From a virus (taxonomy: Duplodnaviria; Heunggongvirae; Uroviricota; Caudoviricetes): DNA of 64,000 nucleotides. A program made the position numbers and the translations under genes. Where the stretch lies: the IMG/VR virus record IMGVR_UViG_3300035520_000451; one strand, 5' to 3'. This document shows, piece after piece, positions 48,401 to 60,300 of this stretch (position 1 is its first letter; each line of letters opens with the position of its first letter). Below the pieces are notes generated by a model. The model made no database searches. It saw only the letters and a program-made list of their open reading frames with translations, and was not told the DNA's origin.

Positions 48401-50658
48401 TTGGTAGACAACTTAATCCTGAAGATGACATATCTTATGCAGTAAATGTTACATAGGCTAGAGACTTAGCTCCTGCTAGAATATCTTTTGAATATGACGA
48501 AGATAAAGCTCCAAATGATGCTATTTTAGGGAAACAAACTGATAATGAATTTGGATCTGATGTAGCAGTTATTTTAAATAATAAGAAAGAGAATGTGCAT
48601 TTCTTAGGAACCACATAGGATATTGAGCAATTTAAAAATTGGTTTGCACTTTAGCAATAGTCTGAAACTCCTAATTTAGAATCTATAAGTTAGAATACGC
48701 TAGATTAGGTACGAGTAGTAATGTAGCAAAACCCGGAATTAGCAACTACTCTATAGGAAATAAATGCAACAAATGAAGATTATGCTCAGTACATTCGCAG
48801 TATTTATCCCAATAGTGTTGAAAAAGATATATATTGGCACGGTTCTAATTCTGATTATTCTAGAGGTTTCGACAGTGCTGTTAAAACTAAAGGATCTGGG
48901 GCACCTGAAGTTGGGGATGAGTTTTATGTAGCCAAATAGCCATATTCTATAATTTAGTATGTAGATGGTTAGAATAGAACTGGTTAGGATGTGGAAGGTT
49001 TTGCCCACTGGAATAAACTTTATTGGGAATTAAAAGAAATTATGTCTAATGGGCGTCGATAGAATAATGATTGGAAAGATCTTACTATTGACGAAAAGAA
49101 TGTTAGGCAAGAAATTCCAAATAAAAAAGGAGAACTGGATTTAAAGAATGGTCATGGAAAAACATTAAAAGAAAGAAAAGCCAGATATGGTTACTAGGAC
49201 AAAACTGATGAAGAATTCTTTAAAGATATATTTGGTATAGAATATGGTAAGGATACTTTCAATACTTGGGTTGAAAGAAATCGGGAAATATTTAAGAAAA
49301 AATTAGAGGATGGCAAAGTTCCAGGAATTTATGCAGTCGTAATAAATACTGTTAATCCTATCGTAGAAAGAGGTAAAAATACTTACTACGAAGAAGAAAG
49401 AGGATTGAAGACTTTAGCTAAGGCTACTACACATAGAGTCTCTACTAATGTATTCTTAACAGAACCAGTAGTGTAGTCATTTTTAAATAGAGAAGATTCT
49501 AATTTTAATGCTACTTAGAATAGACGTGAAATTTAGAAAATGTTTGATGAACTAGAAAAAGGATTTTACAAAGGTAGAAAAATATATAATTTAAAAAACG
49601 AAGCTGCAGAATTAGTAATTTCTAATATGTATGCTTCTAAGTACAATACTTCTGGAAGATCTTTAGCCGAATTAAAATCTTTCGGTGCTAATTATTTTAA
49701 ACCTAGAAGAATTACTCCTATTATTTCCAAACATTATGATATGGCATTTACTACCGGTAGCGGTAAACATACTTACATTACTTTTAAAACTCCTAAAGTA
49801 GATCCAGAAAATGTATTTAAACCTAGAAATATTGGTTGGAAATATACTTTAGAAAAAAATAATGAAGTATATGCTACCACAAAAGATAATTAGATTTTAT
49901 TTAAAGTAGGTAAGAATATAAAGACAAAAGATATAGTTTATCAAAAAGGTAAATTTTATAGTGCTAAAGATAATACTGAGATTGTAGATCCAGAACTTAG
50001 ATACTATAAAGGCGCTGTATATAGATATAAAGAATATGTTTCTAACTATTAGATAGTTGAAGTTAAAGGAAATCATCCTATAACCTATAATCTAAGACAT
50101 TTTAATATTTAGAATATGTTATCAGCCTTTGGAAAGGATACTGGATTTACAGATTCAGAAGAATATTAGAAATTAGATAAAGACTAGAAAGTAAAAGCTC
50201 TCAGAGATAAACTTATGAATGATGTATATAAATAGATTGGAAGTATTATGACTAAAATGTATTATGAGAATAATTATAATGGCATAAGACTTAATGATTC
50301 TATGTATACATCATCAGCTGACCATATTAAGAGTATTATTCCTCATATAAACATTACTGGAAAAGCTGGAGAATTTTTAAATGAAACTCTAGAAGAATAT
50401 TTAAAACCAGCTAAAATAAAAAATGATCATATTAATATAGATACAAAGAAATATAATGCAGCTTTAGTAAATTATTATTCACAATTTGCAGAGGAAGTCT
50501 ATTCTTCTTTCTTGAAATCTTTATATTTTACAGCTGCTCGTATCCCTGCTTAGACTTTACAGTCTTTTATGTAGATGAAAGCAGTAGCTTTTACGTAGAG
50601 TAGCAAGAATATATGCTATGTAAGCCATTGGCAGACCTGGCTTTAGGGTTCTGACTAT
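42487..50658 (+). CDS. Virion (crAss-like) multi-domain RNA polymerase, exon 1 (2724 codons, TAG=Gln)
   Basis: Starts MGYC. Motifs EDAHDGSAYINP, KRKFPGSG and AARIPA*TL*SFM*M. The exon ends at ..WL*GSDY, the first half of the catalytic DxDxD motif. Confidence 0.85.
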
Positions 50659-50911
50659 TGATACTACCATACCAGAGTAGTATGACATAACCCCTTCTAG
50701 TTAAACTAGATAAAATATTGTAGTCATAAAATCTCGTGAATTGCGGGAAACTCTTTAAGTTTATATATACTAAATTAGAGTAGAAATACATCTAATGGCA
50801 ATAATTAATTACTATTGGTATAGTAAAAAGTATATAAAATTAGACAATCCGCAGCTAAGCATCCTAGGTAAAATTTATATAAATTGATTAGTCAATTGAT
50901 AAAATATTTAC

Positions 50912-50919
50912 TATATTTG
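50912..50919 (+). promoter_or_regulatory. Possible intron-internal -7 promoter element upstream of the LAGLIDADG ORF
   Basis: TATATTTG in an AT-rich insertion between the Q and R elements, about 76 nt before the ATG at 50996. No canonically spaced -33. Confidence 0.4.
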
Positions 50920-50995
50920 CAAGGATGAAAGTTCACAGACTATCCCGAAAGGGAGTAGAACTTTTATTCAATGTTTAATTTAAATTATTGAATAA

Positions 50996-51697
50996 ATGGC
51001 AAGAAAAATTCAAAAATCACTTAGTAAAGAACAAAAAAGATTATTAATAGCATTATTACTGGGAGATGGCACAATCTCTAGTAATTATGTTTTTAAACTT
51101 TCTCATTCTGTAGAGCAACGAGAATATTTAGAATGGAAAGTTGGATTACTTAATAAACTCGGTATAAAAAATAATGGAATTAAGGAGTATATATCTACAT
51201 GCGGATATAATAAAGGTAAAGGTGTTTTATACTCTCAAATATCTTTACATTCCACTATTAAAGCTTTAAGACGCTCGGTGTATACTCCAAAGAAAACCTT
51301 TACAAGAAACCTATTGAATTGGCTGGATGCTCAAGGTCTTGCCATATGGTTTATGGATGATGGTTTTATTAATATAAATGAATCAGAACAAAGAAATGGA
51401 TCAATTCAAAGAAGTATTAAAATATCCACATGTGTCAATGAAGAAACATGTAAGATGATAATAGAGTACTTTAAAGATGTCTGGGATATAGAATTTAGAC
51501 CTTTTATAGAAAAATCTAAATTATATTCTATTTCAGTACGTACTAACAATGATTCTGATAAATTTATTAAAATAGTAAAACCATATATTGAACAAGTTCC
51601 ATCTCTTTTATATAAAATACGAGAAAGTTCTACTAAGAAAGAATTCATTGCACAGCATAGTGCTGTTTCGAAGCGCGAGACACTTGATAACAAGTGA
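50996..51697 (+). CDS. Intron-encoded LAGLIDADG homing endonuclease (two-motif, LAGLIDADG_2-like)
   Basis: 233 aa with motifs LLIALLLGDGTI and GLAIWFMDDGFI and no in-frame TAG. The stop codon abuts the intron S element. Confidence 0.9.
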   Translation: MARKIQKSLSKEQKRLLIALLLGDGTISSNYVFKLSHSVEQREYLEWKVGLLNKLGIKNNGIKEYISTCGYNKGKGVLYSQISLHSTIKALRRSVYTPKKTFTRNLLNWLDAQGLAIWFMDDGFININESEQRNGSIQRSIKISTCVNEETCKMIIEYFKDVWDIEFRPFIEKSKLYSISVRTNNDSDKFIKIVKPYIEQVPSLLYKIRESSTKKEFIAQHSAVSKRETLDNK

Positions 51698-51738
51698 TGA
51701 TATAGTCGAGCTTATGTTGAAAGACATAGGGTATACTG

Positions 51739-54700
51739 GATATTGATAAAGCATATATAATGGGATATGAATTTGATGATAATGGAAAATATTTAGGATG
51801 GAGTAATTTATTTGATTATTCCTCTATAGATACTCTTAGAGCTTCTGAATATTTACCTATACCAGAAGGTGTTAAATATGTAAAAAGCGATACTGGCTTT
51901 GATATTTCAGATTATATTAGTAAAATTGCTTCTAAAACAACTAAAGTAGAAAAGATTAGAGCAGAAGCTGATTTGCTTAGAGTTTTACAAGATAAACCTA
52001 TTACTTATTCTAAGGGTAAACAATATCAATATATAACATGGACTGTAGACGATAATATAGCTCAAGATATAGTTAATGATTTACAAAGCCATCAGGATAC
52101 AGAAATAACTCCTAATATGATTTAGAGATGCTTAAAAAATTCTGTTTCTTCTTCAATTTCTAATATTATTTAGAATTTAAGAAATATGGACTAGGCATAT
52201 TCTCCAATTGCAATGTCTTCTATACGTAAGGCATCAGAACAAAGTCCTAAAGGTAGTAAATCTGAAAGAATGACTTTAATGAATCCTCTTACTAAATTCT
52301 TAATGCAAGAACAAAATATGGTAGGTAAAGGAGTTATTGGTATTACAGCCGTTGGAGAAAAAGTATTCTTTAATACTAGCCACTATTGGAATGAAGGATT
52401 AATAACTGGAGATCCGATAAGACTTAGAAATATGTATTTTAATTAGACTTTTAATAGAATACAAGGAAGATCTACTGGTAATATGTAGTCCCTCACTAAG
52501 AATACTATCGCAAATATAAATTTCGAAAATAACGAACAATTAAGATTATATTTTAATGCAGCTTCTGATATTGATGCTGAGTTAAGAGCCAAATATAATA
52601 TCACAGATGCAGATATTGAAAATAAAACTGAAACATGGCAAGCTTATAATAAGGAATTAATTGAGGCTGTTAGAAATATTTAGGAAAATGGTATTTATGC
52701 AGACGATTTAATTAGTCAATTATTATCTGCGGCAACAGATAATGCTAAGGAGCTTATTCTTGCGAAGATTAATGCTGGAACTAATTTAGCCAAATGTTAT
52801 TTACATCTTATTATGATGGGGTTCAGTATTAATGATATAGTTAGTTTCATGACTAGTCCTGTTGTATCTATAGCAAATGATCTTAATAACGTAAATATGT
52901 TTGATGAATATTTGTACAAAACAAATATGAATAAGGTTATAAGATGGATGCGAGGGCACATTCCATATAAATAGTTTTTAAGTGGTACTTCTAAAGTTCT
53001 TGATGAAGAATATGGAAATTATGTATCACAAGCCTTATATAATCAAGCTTTTGCAGCTCTTAATGCTAAAGTTTCTAAAGCATTACATGATGCTGGGTAT
53101 GGAATGGAAACTTAGACTATTACCAAGAAAATGAAAAATGAAGAGGGTGCAGAAACTGAAATTTCAGAATCTAAATTAGTTCCAAAAGAATATAACTTTG
53201 ATGAATTATTAAAAGATTTCTTCTTTGCTAAAATATCTGGAGAAATAGACTAGGAATTATTTGATTTCTTAGATACTTCGCAGCAAGCAACTAAGTCTAA
53301 ATTAAATAATGGAATAATGGCATTATCTGATTTTATTGAAAATTTAGTTGATAAGGTTAAGGATTCTGGATTAACTGAATCTGATTATATTGCAGACTTA
53401 GAAGAGTTTGAGCATGTTTATAATTTAGCTACTGAAACAAGTGAATTGGGATCTACTTTATTAGGATTTAATTAGGGTATTCCAACTTCTATTGAAGAAT
53501 TAATAGCTTTAAATATTAGAATTAATAAAATAGTACATAATAAAGAAATGATGTTTGCAATAAGTGCTAAATAGTTTGAAAATGAAGATTATTTTAATAA
53601 TTTAGTACAAACATTAAAAGATAGAAATTCTAAATATTCAGAAGAAGAAATTAGAACAATTTTGACTACTGCTAAAGATTTAGGAATTGTAAATACTTTT
53701 AGTTTTTAGAAATGGTTAAATAATCAAAACGGATATCGTAAAGCTACTTCCGATTATTATAATTTAATAAAAGGAACTTGGAATGTATTTGACATAATTG
53801 ATAAATTACCTCATTTTAAATCTATATTTGATATTCTTAAAGCTGTCTACACTTTTGAATAGACTTGTATAAAAAAGACTGCCCTTGTTGAAAATTTAAC
53901 TGCAAAATTATTTGATGACTATGATGTTATTGACGATCTTAAAATAAAAAAATTAATTGATTATGTTGATGATGTTTTAATATTAAAGTTCTTAAATGAG
54001 CAGCAATTTAAATATCCTATATTTAAGGATGATAAAATAATAGACTTTAACTGGGATGATCAAACAGTTACAAGTGAATTTGATCATATAGTAGTAGATT
54101 CTGAATATAGTAGAGGGTCTTTTAAAAGATTAATAGAAGAAAAGTTATTTTCAGAATTAAAACAAGGTTATTATTCCGACGTTGTAGATGGTAAGGTAGT
54201 GAAGAAAGAATTTCCTATGGACAATAAATTTATAAGGAATTTAGTATTTGACTTAAATAATGAGAATCAAAGATTTTTAAGATTAAATCTCGATATGTAG
54301 AATGTTGTTTCTACAGCTGAAAATGAAGGTAAATATCAAGAATGTTTAAGTGATTTTATTAAATTACAAAATTATGAATTAGGCGGGAGACCTTTATCGG
54401 ATTGGTTTATGTTATATAATTTAGTAGTTAATAAAAATAAATTTGGTTCTGATAGATTGACTACTTTATTTGGAAACTTCTTAGGCATAATAAAAAATGA
54501 TTCTATTATTAAATCATTTATGAAATATGTAGGAGATTTAGATTTTGTGGATGCTAAAATGCCAGAATCTATAGCTGAGTTAGAAGAATGGGGATTTAAT
54601 ATGGATGATGCGCGTTATAAAATTGCTCCTGTAATTTCTGAAACTTAGGAAGGTAGTCATAATGAGGATATAGTCAGAGAATACATAAATGGCAGAATTA

Positions 54701-54969
54701 TGTATAAACGTAAATATAAAGGACAATATAGAAGTCCTAAAGATTTAGTTCCAGATGTTGATTATTATGCAGATTAGAAAGAAAATGATGCCATAAAGTA
54801 TAATAGAATTTAGAATTATAATGATTATGGTTGCATAAAAACTCCTTTTGCAAATTTAAAAATTAATGCAATTGCAGGTTTAAGATCTAATGATGTGGCA
54901 TAGATTGTAGGAATTTTAAATAATTTAATAAAGAGAGGTTTAATAATTATTAATACAGAAAATTGTTAA
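51739..54969 (+). CDS. Virion RNA polymerase, exon 2 (1076 aa plus stop; total protein 3800 aa)
   Basis: Begins DIDKAYIMG, completing GSDYDIDK. It includes LISQLLSAATDNAKELIL.KINAG and ends ..NTENC*. Confidence 0.85.
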
Positions 54970-54970
54970 G

Positions 54971-57337
54971 ATGGGATGTGATATAGTATTCAATATAAAT
55001 GGTATTCTTAGGGAGGGCGATGAAGCTCTCCCTAAGATTGTTATAGAAAACAGTAACCTTATTCCGAAAACAGTAAATTTAACAAATATAGCTAAGGTTT
55101 TAAATTCAAATACAGAAATAAAAGAAAACTTAATAGATATTATTGAAAATTTAAAAAAGTATGATAAACGAGCTGTAGAATTAAAGGATTTAAAAGATGG
55201 TATAGTAGGTAATTGTAAATTTCATACATTACAATATGCAAATCCTGATGGGTTTCCTAATATATCTGAAGATCCTGATATACTTCTTATAGACGTTTTT
55301 GATTTTAATGGTATTAATATTAGAGATGTTATATATAAGAAAAGTAGTACAGGGGGTTTAGTGTACGTAGTATAGAATAGTCCAGGAAGTATTAAAAAAT
55401 TATATGCGCATTTAAGAGCAAAAAATAGTGTATTAACCAGTTACAAAGAAGATGATAGAATTTCGGCAATAAAACCAATAGTAGAAAAAGCTTTAAAAAA
55501 GAAATTTAAAAGTTCTCAGGACTTGTTAATAGATTTTTTAACTAATAATGCTCCATATAGAACTTCCCCCGTTGGACGCGGAACTTATGGATTACTTACT
55601 GAAACTATTAGGACTTTAACTAGTAACTCATATATAGGATATAGCCAACCTTTAGATATGGAATTAAACGCTAGAACTGATAAAGTAAAAGATTCTAATA
55701 GTAGTATTCTTACTTATGATTAGCTTGAACTTATACTTAAATAGTTTTTTCCCAATATTAAATTAAAAAAAGGTTGGAAAAAGGATGAACAATTCGTAAA
55801 GGATTTATTTACAGAAATACAAAAAAATTTAACCGAATTATCTTGTAAAGTATAGAGTATAAATGAGGATGCTATAGTTTTAAAAATAGCTTTTCAAACA
55901 TTAGATAGTAAATTAAATCTTACTTATGATTCTATTAACGAATATACTACGAAAGTAGAAAATTATAGAGGATTTACTATTTATAAATATATTAAAGATG
56001 ATAAAACATCTTATATTTATAGTAGAGGATTACTTGCTCCAACAGATTAGCCTAATGAGTTTACTAATATGGCTCAAGCAAAAAAAGCTATAGATATTTT
56101 ATATACGGATTCTAAAAGAGGATCCTTTAAGAAACTATTTGATATAGGATTACGGTTTCCAGGAAGTTATAATAGAACTTTAGAAGTAAATAATAATATT
56201 TTTCATATAAGTGGAAGTGGTATTCAATTACTAAATATTGATTTAGATAAAAATACACATTTAAACTACGATGAATATACAATGCTAAGATCTGATTAGA
56301 CCTTAGAAGACTTTTATGAACACTTTAAAGAACAATTAACAGAGTCTTAGTTTTTGAGTTTAAAGAATATTGTTAATAGTATAGAATCTGCTGGAATATT
56401 TACCTATTTAATAAATCAAGAAACTGGAGATTCTATAGAAGATAGAAAATTAACAAAAGAAAATGCTGATAAATTTAATAGTATTTTAATAACTATTAAA
56501 AACGCTATAGACAATAATAATTATTTAAGATATTATGTTTAGAATTCCCATAAAGTTGAATAGGCAGAAAATAGTTATAAACAATCTAGTTATATTTTAA
56601 ATGTAATTCCTTTATCTGACGATAAAATTACTGTAAACAGTAAATATAAAAGACCTTAGCCGATCATAGGATTAATTGATGAAGTCGTAGAACATTTAAC
56701 GGAAAGATTTAATGTAAACGCCAAAGTGCTCACATAGGATGAAGTAACTACTTAGTTCCCAGAAGTACCTGCTGGTACTAAAGCTTTTATTCGGAAGGGT
56801 AAAATATATATAAATGGAAGTGTTGCTACTTCTGCAGACGCAATTCATGAATACACACATTTAATTCTAGGTGCTTTAAAGGCTTCCAATTATCAAGCAT
56901 ATGAAAAATTACTTGGAAAAGTAATTGCAACAGAAAAAGGTCGTAATTTAAAATAGTTTTTAAAAGCTAAAGTTTATCCAAATTTAGCAGATATTGACGT
57001 AGCAGAAGAAGCTTTTGTAAAACTATTTTCTGAATTTATATCTGGTAAAAACTCCTCTGAAATATTTGATACTAATAGATAGGAAACTAGTGACGAAGCT
57101 TTAGAAGAAACTAAAGAAGAAGTTGATAAACTTCTTCCAAGAATTTTTACATTGGCAAAAGAGGATGATATAGATTCTATATATAAAGGAAAATTAAATA
57201 ATGTTTTTTTACAATTTAATAAAGATATTGGAAAATCTGCCACAGGTTTAGATTTTGAAACAGGAAAAGTATTCAGAGAGGCATCTAATTGGATAGCTAA
57301 AGAGATAAAGGAAAAGAATATAATTGAAAAATGTTAA
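54971..57337 (+). CDS. Large protein with a zincin-like metalloprotease motif (TAG=Gln)
   Basis: 788 aa starting MGC. AIHEYTHLILG (HExxH at 56846-56860) is followed by DVAEEAFV as a candidate third ligand. Ends ..IEKC*. Confidence 0.8.
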
Positions 57338-57338
57338 T

Positions 57339-60300
57339 ATGGGATGTACATATACTTTTAAAGCTGATCCAAATAACAAAAAACATAGTTACTTAGATCT
57401 TATTGAAGAATACAGAAAAAAGAGAAATGCAAAAACTGCCAATGATTTAGTACTTAGCAGAGATGCAGCATTAATAACTTAGGAAGATATTGTGTCTAAA
57501 TTAGTAGAACTTAGGAAAGAAGGATTTTCAAAAAGCAATACATCATTCTTTGATGGAGAACCTATAATTTCAGACAATGATTCTATAAGTGGTCAGGAAT
57601 TTATTGATTCCAATCAATTTACTCTAAATGGAAAACCTCTAATTTATAAATTACATGATTCTGATTATATTTCTGAGACCGCAACAGCATTAGTATCAGA
57701 AGGATTAAGTGAAGAAGAAGCTAAAGAAATTGCTCAAAAAGAAGTAGATAAATGGCAAATAATTGCAGATGACGGTACAGATTTACATATTCTACTATCT
57801 AAAATGAGTTCTAAAGATTACGATCGGCAAGATTTTGAGAGTGATGCTAAAGGAACTAAATTTGAAGCCGTAGCAGGAGAGCTTTGGGATAGTTATATTA
57901 CTTTTAAAGAAAAAACTCTTGGTGGAATACTCAGAAAGAATGGGGGACAGCATTCCAGAATAATATATAATTTAAATATAAAAAATAAAATAGAAAATAT
58001 AGACAAAGATTTATTTGGACATATAGATATGGTTGTAGTAGATGCTTCTGGAGATGTACATTTATTTAATTTTAAAACAACCACTAGTACTATATAGCCA
58101 CAATCTGTAAAGCTGGAAAAGTATAAATATCAAATGGCTTTACTGAAACAAATGTTGGCAAGTTAGGGTATTAGTGTACGTCACGCTACTTTAAATATTG
58201 TTCCTGTTAAAATAAAATATAATGATGATTTATCTGTAGTAAAATCTGCAATAATGCGAGACACTCCTATTGAATTGACTGTATTTAATGGAAAATATGT
58301 ATTTGGCAAATATGATAAAGTTGCCCGTAATTTTATAAAATCTTCTGTAGTATTAGATTCTATAAACGATGAAGATGTTGATATAGTAAATGAGCAACTG
58401 AAACTTATATTTCCAGCTAGAGATATTCAAGCCGATGGAGTTAGATTAACTGCATTAGAATGGGTTAAAAAGAATAAATCTCATATTTTAGATAGTAATA
58501 ATCCTGAATATGCTTATTAGTTAGAATTAGGGCAGGATAAAATTATTCCCATAAAATCTAATGCAAAACCAGAAAAAAATACCGAAATTTTAGAGCATGT
58601 AATTAGAAATGGAAAAGAGTTATTTGATACTAATAATGATGTTGTATTACACCGTCTTTTAAAAGATATTAAAGCTGGTATTAATACTGGCATTACTTCA
58701 TTTTTAACTGATTCTGCGTATGCTACAAATGGAGCTTATTTACATAAAATATTAAGTAAATATTTTGTTCAGAAATCTAAGGAAGAGGGTTCTGATTGGG
58801 AATTATTAGAAAACGATACTCTTAATAGCGCTGGAATTATTCTTATTAAAAATAAAATAACCCATCAATTAGATGTAATTACTTTAAGTACCTTTAATTT
58901 AGGAACTGAAATAAATATAGGTAAAAGAGGCAATACTGTATTGGGATATTATTTACCCGATAATAAATCTGGAAGTTTATTTAATTATCGTGCAAACTAC
59001 GGTAATATTGAAGCGGTTAGAACAATGGTTCTTTTAAACCAAGTTCTGCCGAAAATAAAAGGTGATTTAATATTGGGTAAATTACAAGTACTATCACTTA
59101 GGAATGGAGGTCAGGGAATTCCATTTAGCATAGAAACACTATCAAAAGAGTGCTTTACCCCTATTATTCAATATGTAAATACTAAATTACCAAATACTAC
59201 TATTAAAAATAACTTTGGACAATATTATTATATAAGCAGATTTTAGACTTTGCTGTAGGAATATGAATCGATTATACAAGATAACAAGGCTTCAGAATCC
59301 GAAAAGTAGCAATTAATTGAAACAGGATTTGGGGCATTAGCATCTGCTGAAACAGTCGAGGCTAAAATAACAGCATTAAGAGAAGTTGAAAAAGCTTTAA
59401 AAGACGGATTTCCGCAACTTGACACTACTGATTTTTAGGTTCTTTTAAAAGATCCTTCCTTTAAAAAAATAGCTCTTTTATACTAGTAGGTTGTTAATGC
59501 TATTACCTACTATACTGTTGGAGAAATTAGTCCTACAGAAAAAGTACTTAGTGGTATGGATAGATATGGTTTTGTAAGTGGTAGTGTTCCAAATAGAAAT
59601 TTTCGTATAATTGTTGATTTATATACTAAAACTATTAACTCTATAGCCGAGTAGGCTGAAAATAAATGGGTGCCAATTCGTAAATTATTATATAAATATT
59701 ACGATGATATTGGATACACTAAATTATAGAATGCTACTATTGGTAATTAGGCTTCGTAGTTTGAAGATTTATATAGAAAAGATAATCAAGGGCATAATTT
59801 ATTAAGATTGTTAAATCCTTACGATGTTAATGATATGGCTTAGATAACCAGCCATAAAAGTGTTAAATAGGAATTCTTAAAAAGAATTTTATTTGAATTT
59901 GCAAAAGTAAGGTATCCAATGATGGGAATATCTTTTAATTTTACAAGTGTGGAAGATCCAAATTTACAAGCTTTTATTAAAAATCATTCTGATACTTATT
60001 TTAATATTCCTCTAGAAAGAGCTTCTAAATCTACTCGCCTGTAGAAATATTCTATAAAAGAAAAATTATCCTACGCTAAAAATTTAGCCATGGAATTATT
60101 AAAAAATCCAAAAAAAGGAGTAGAAGAATATATTAATGATATAGATAATAAAGAAGAATAGGAATTACGAGATGTTAGCATTAAAGCTATGAAATTATAG
60201 AATAAATTTTTAATAGGGGAACGAGTTAAAAGAAATAACTATATGGAAGGATTAACTCGTGAAGGATATATTTCTGAATATGGAGAAGGATATTTTGAAA

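Larger units (their letters stand above)
50659..51738 (+). mobile_element. Group I intron (1080 nt) in the RNAP catalytic motif
   Basis: P1: exon UGACUAU pairs with GUAGUCA (50720-50726). P10: AAUAUU (50714-50719) pairs with 3' exon GAUAUU. P AAUUGCGGGAA at 50739, Q AAUCCGCAGC at 50846, R GUUCACAGACUA at 50931, S GAUAUAGUC at 51699, terminal G at 51738. Confidence 0.9.
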
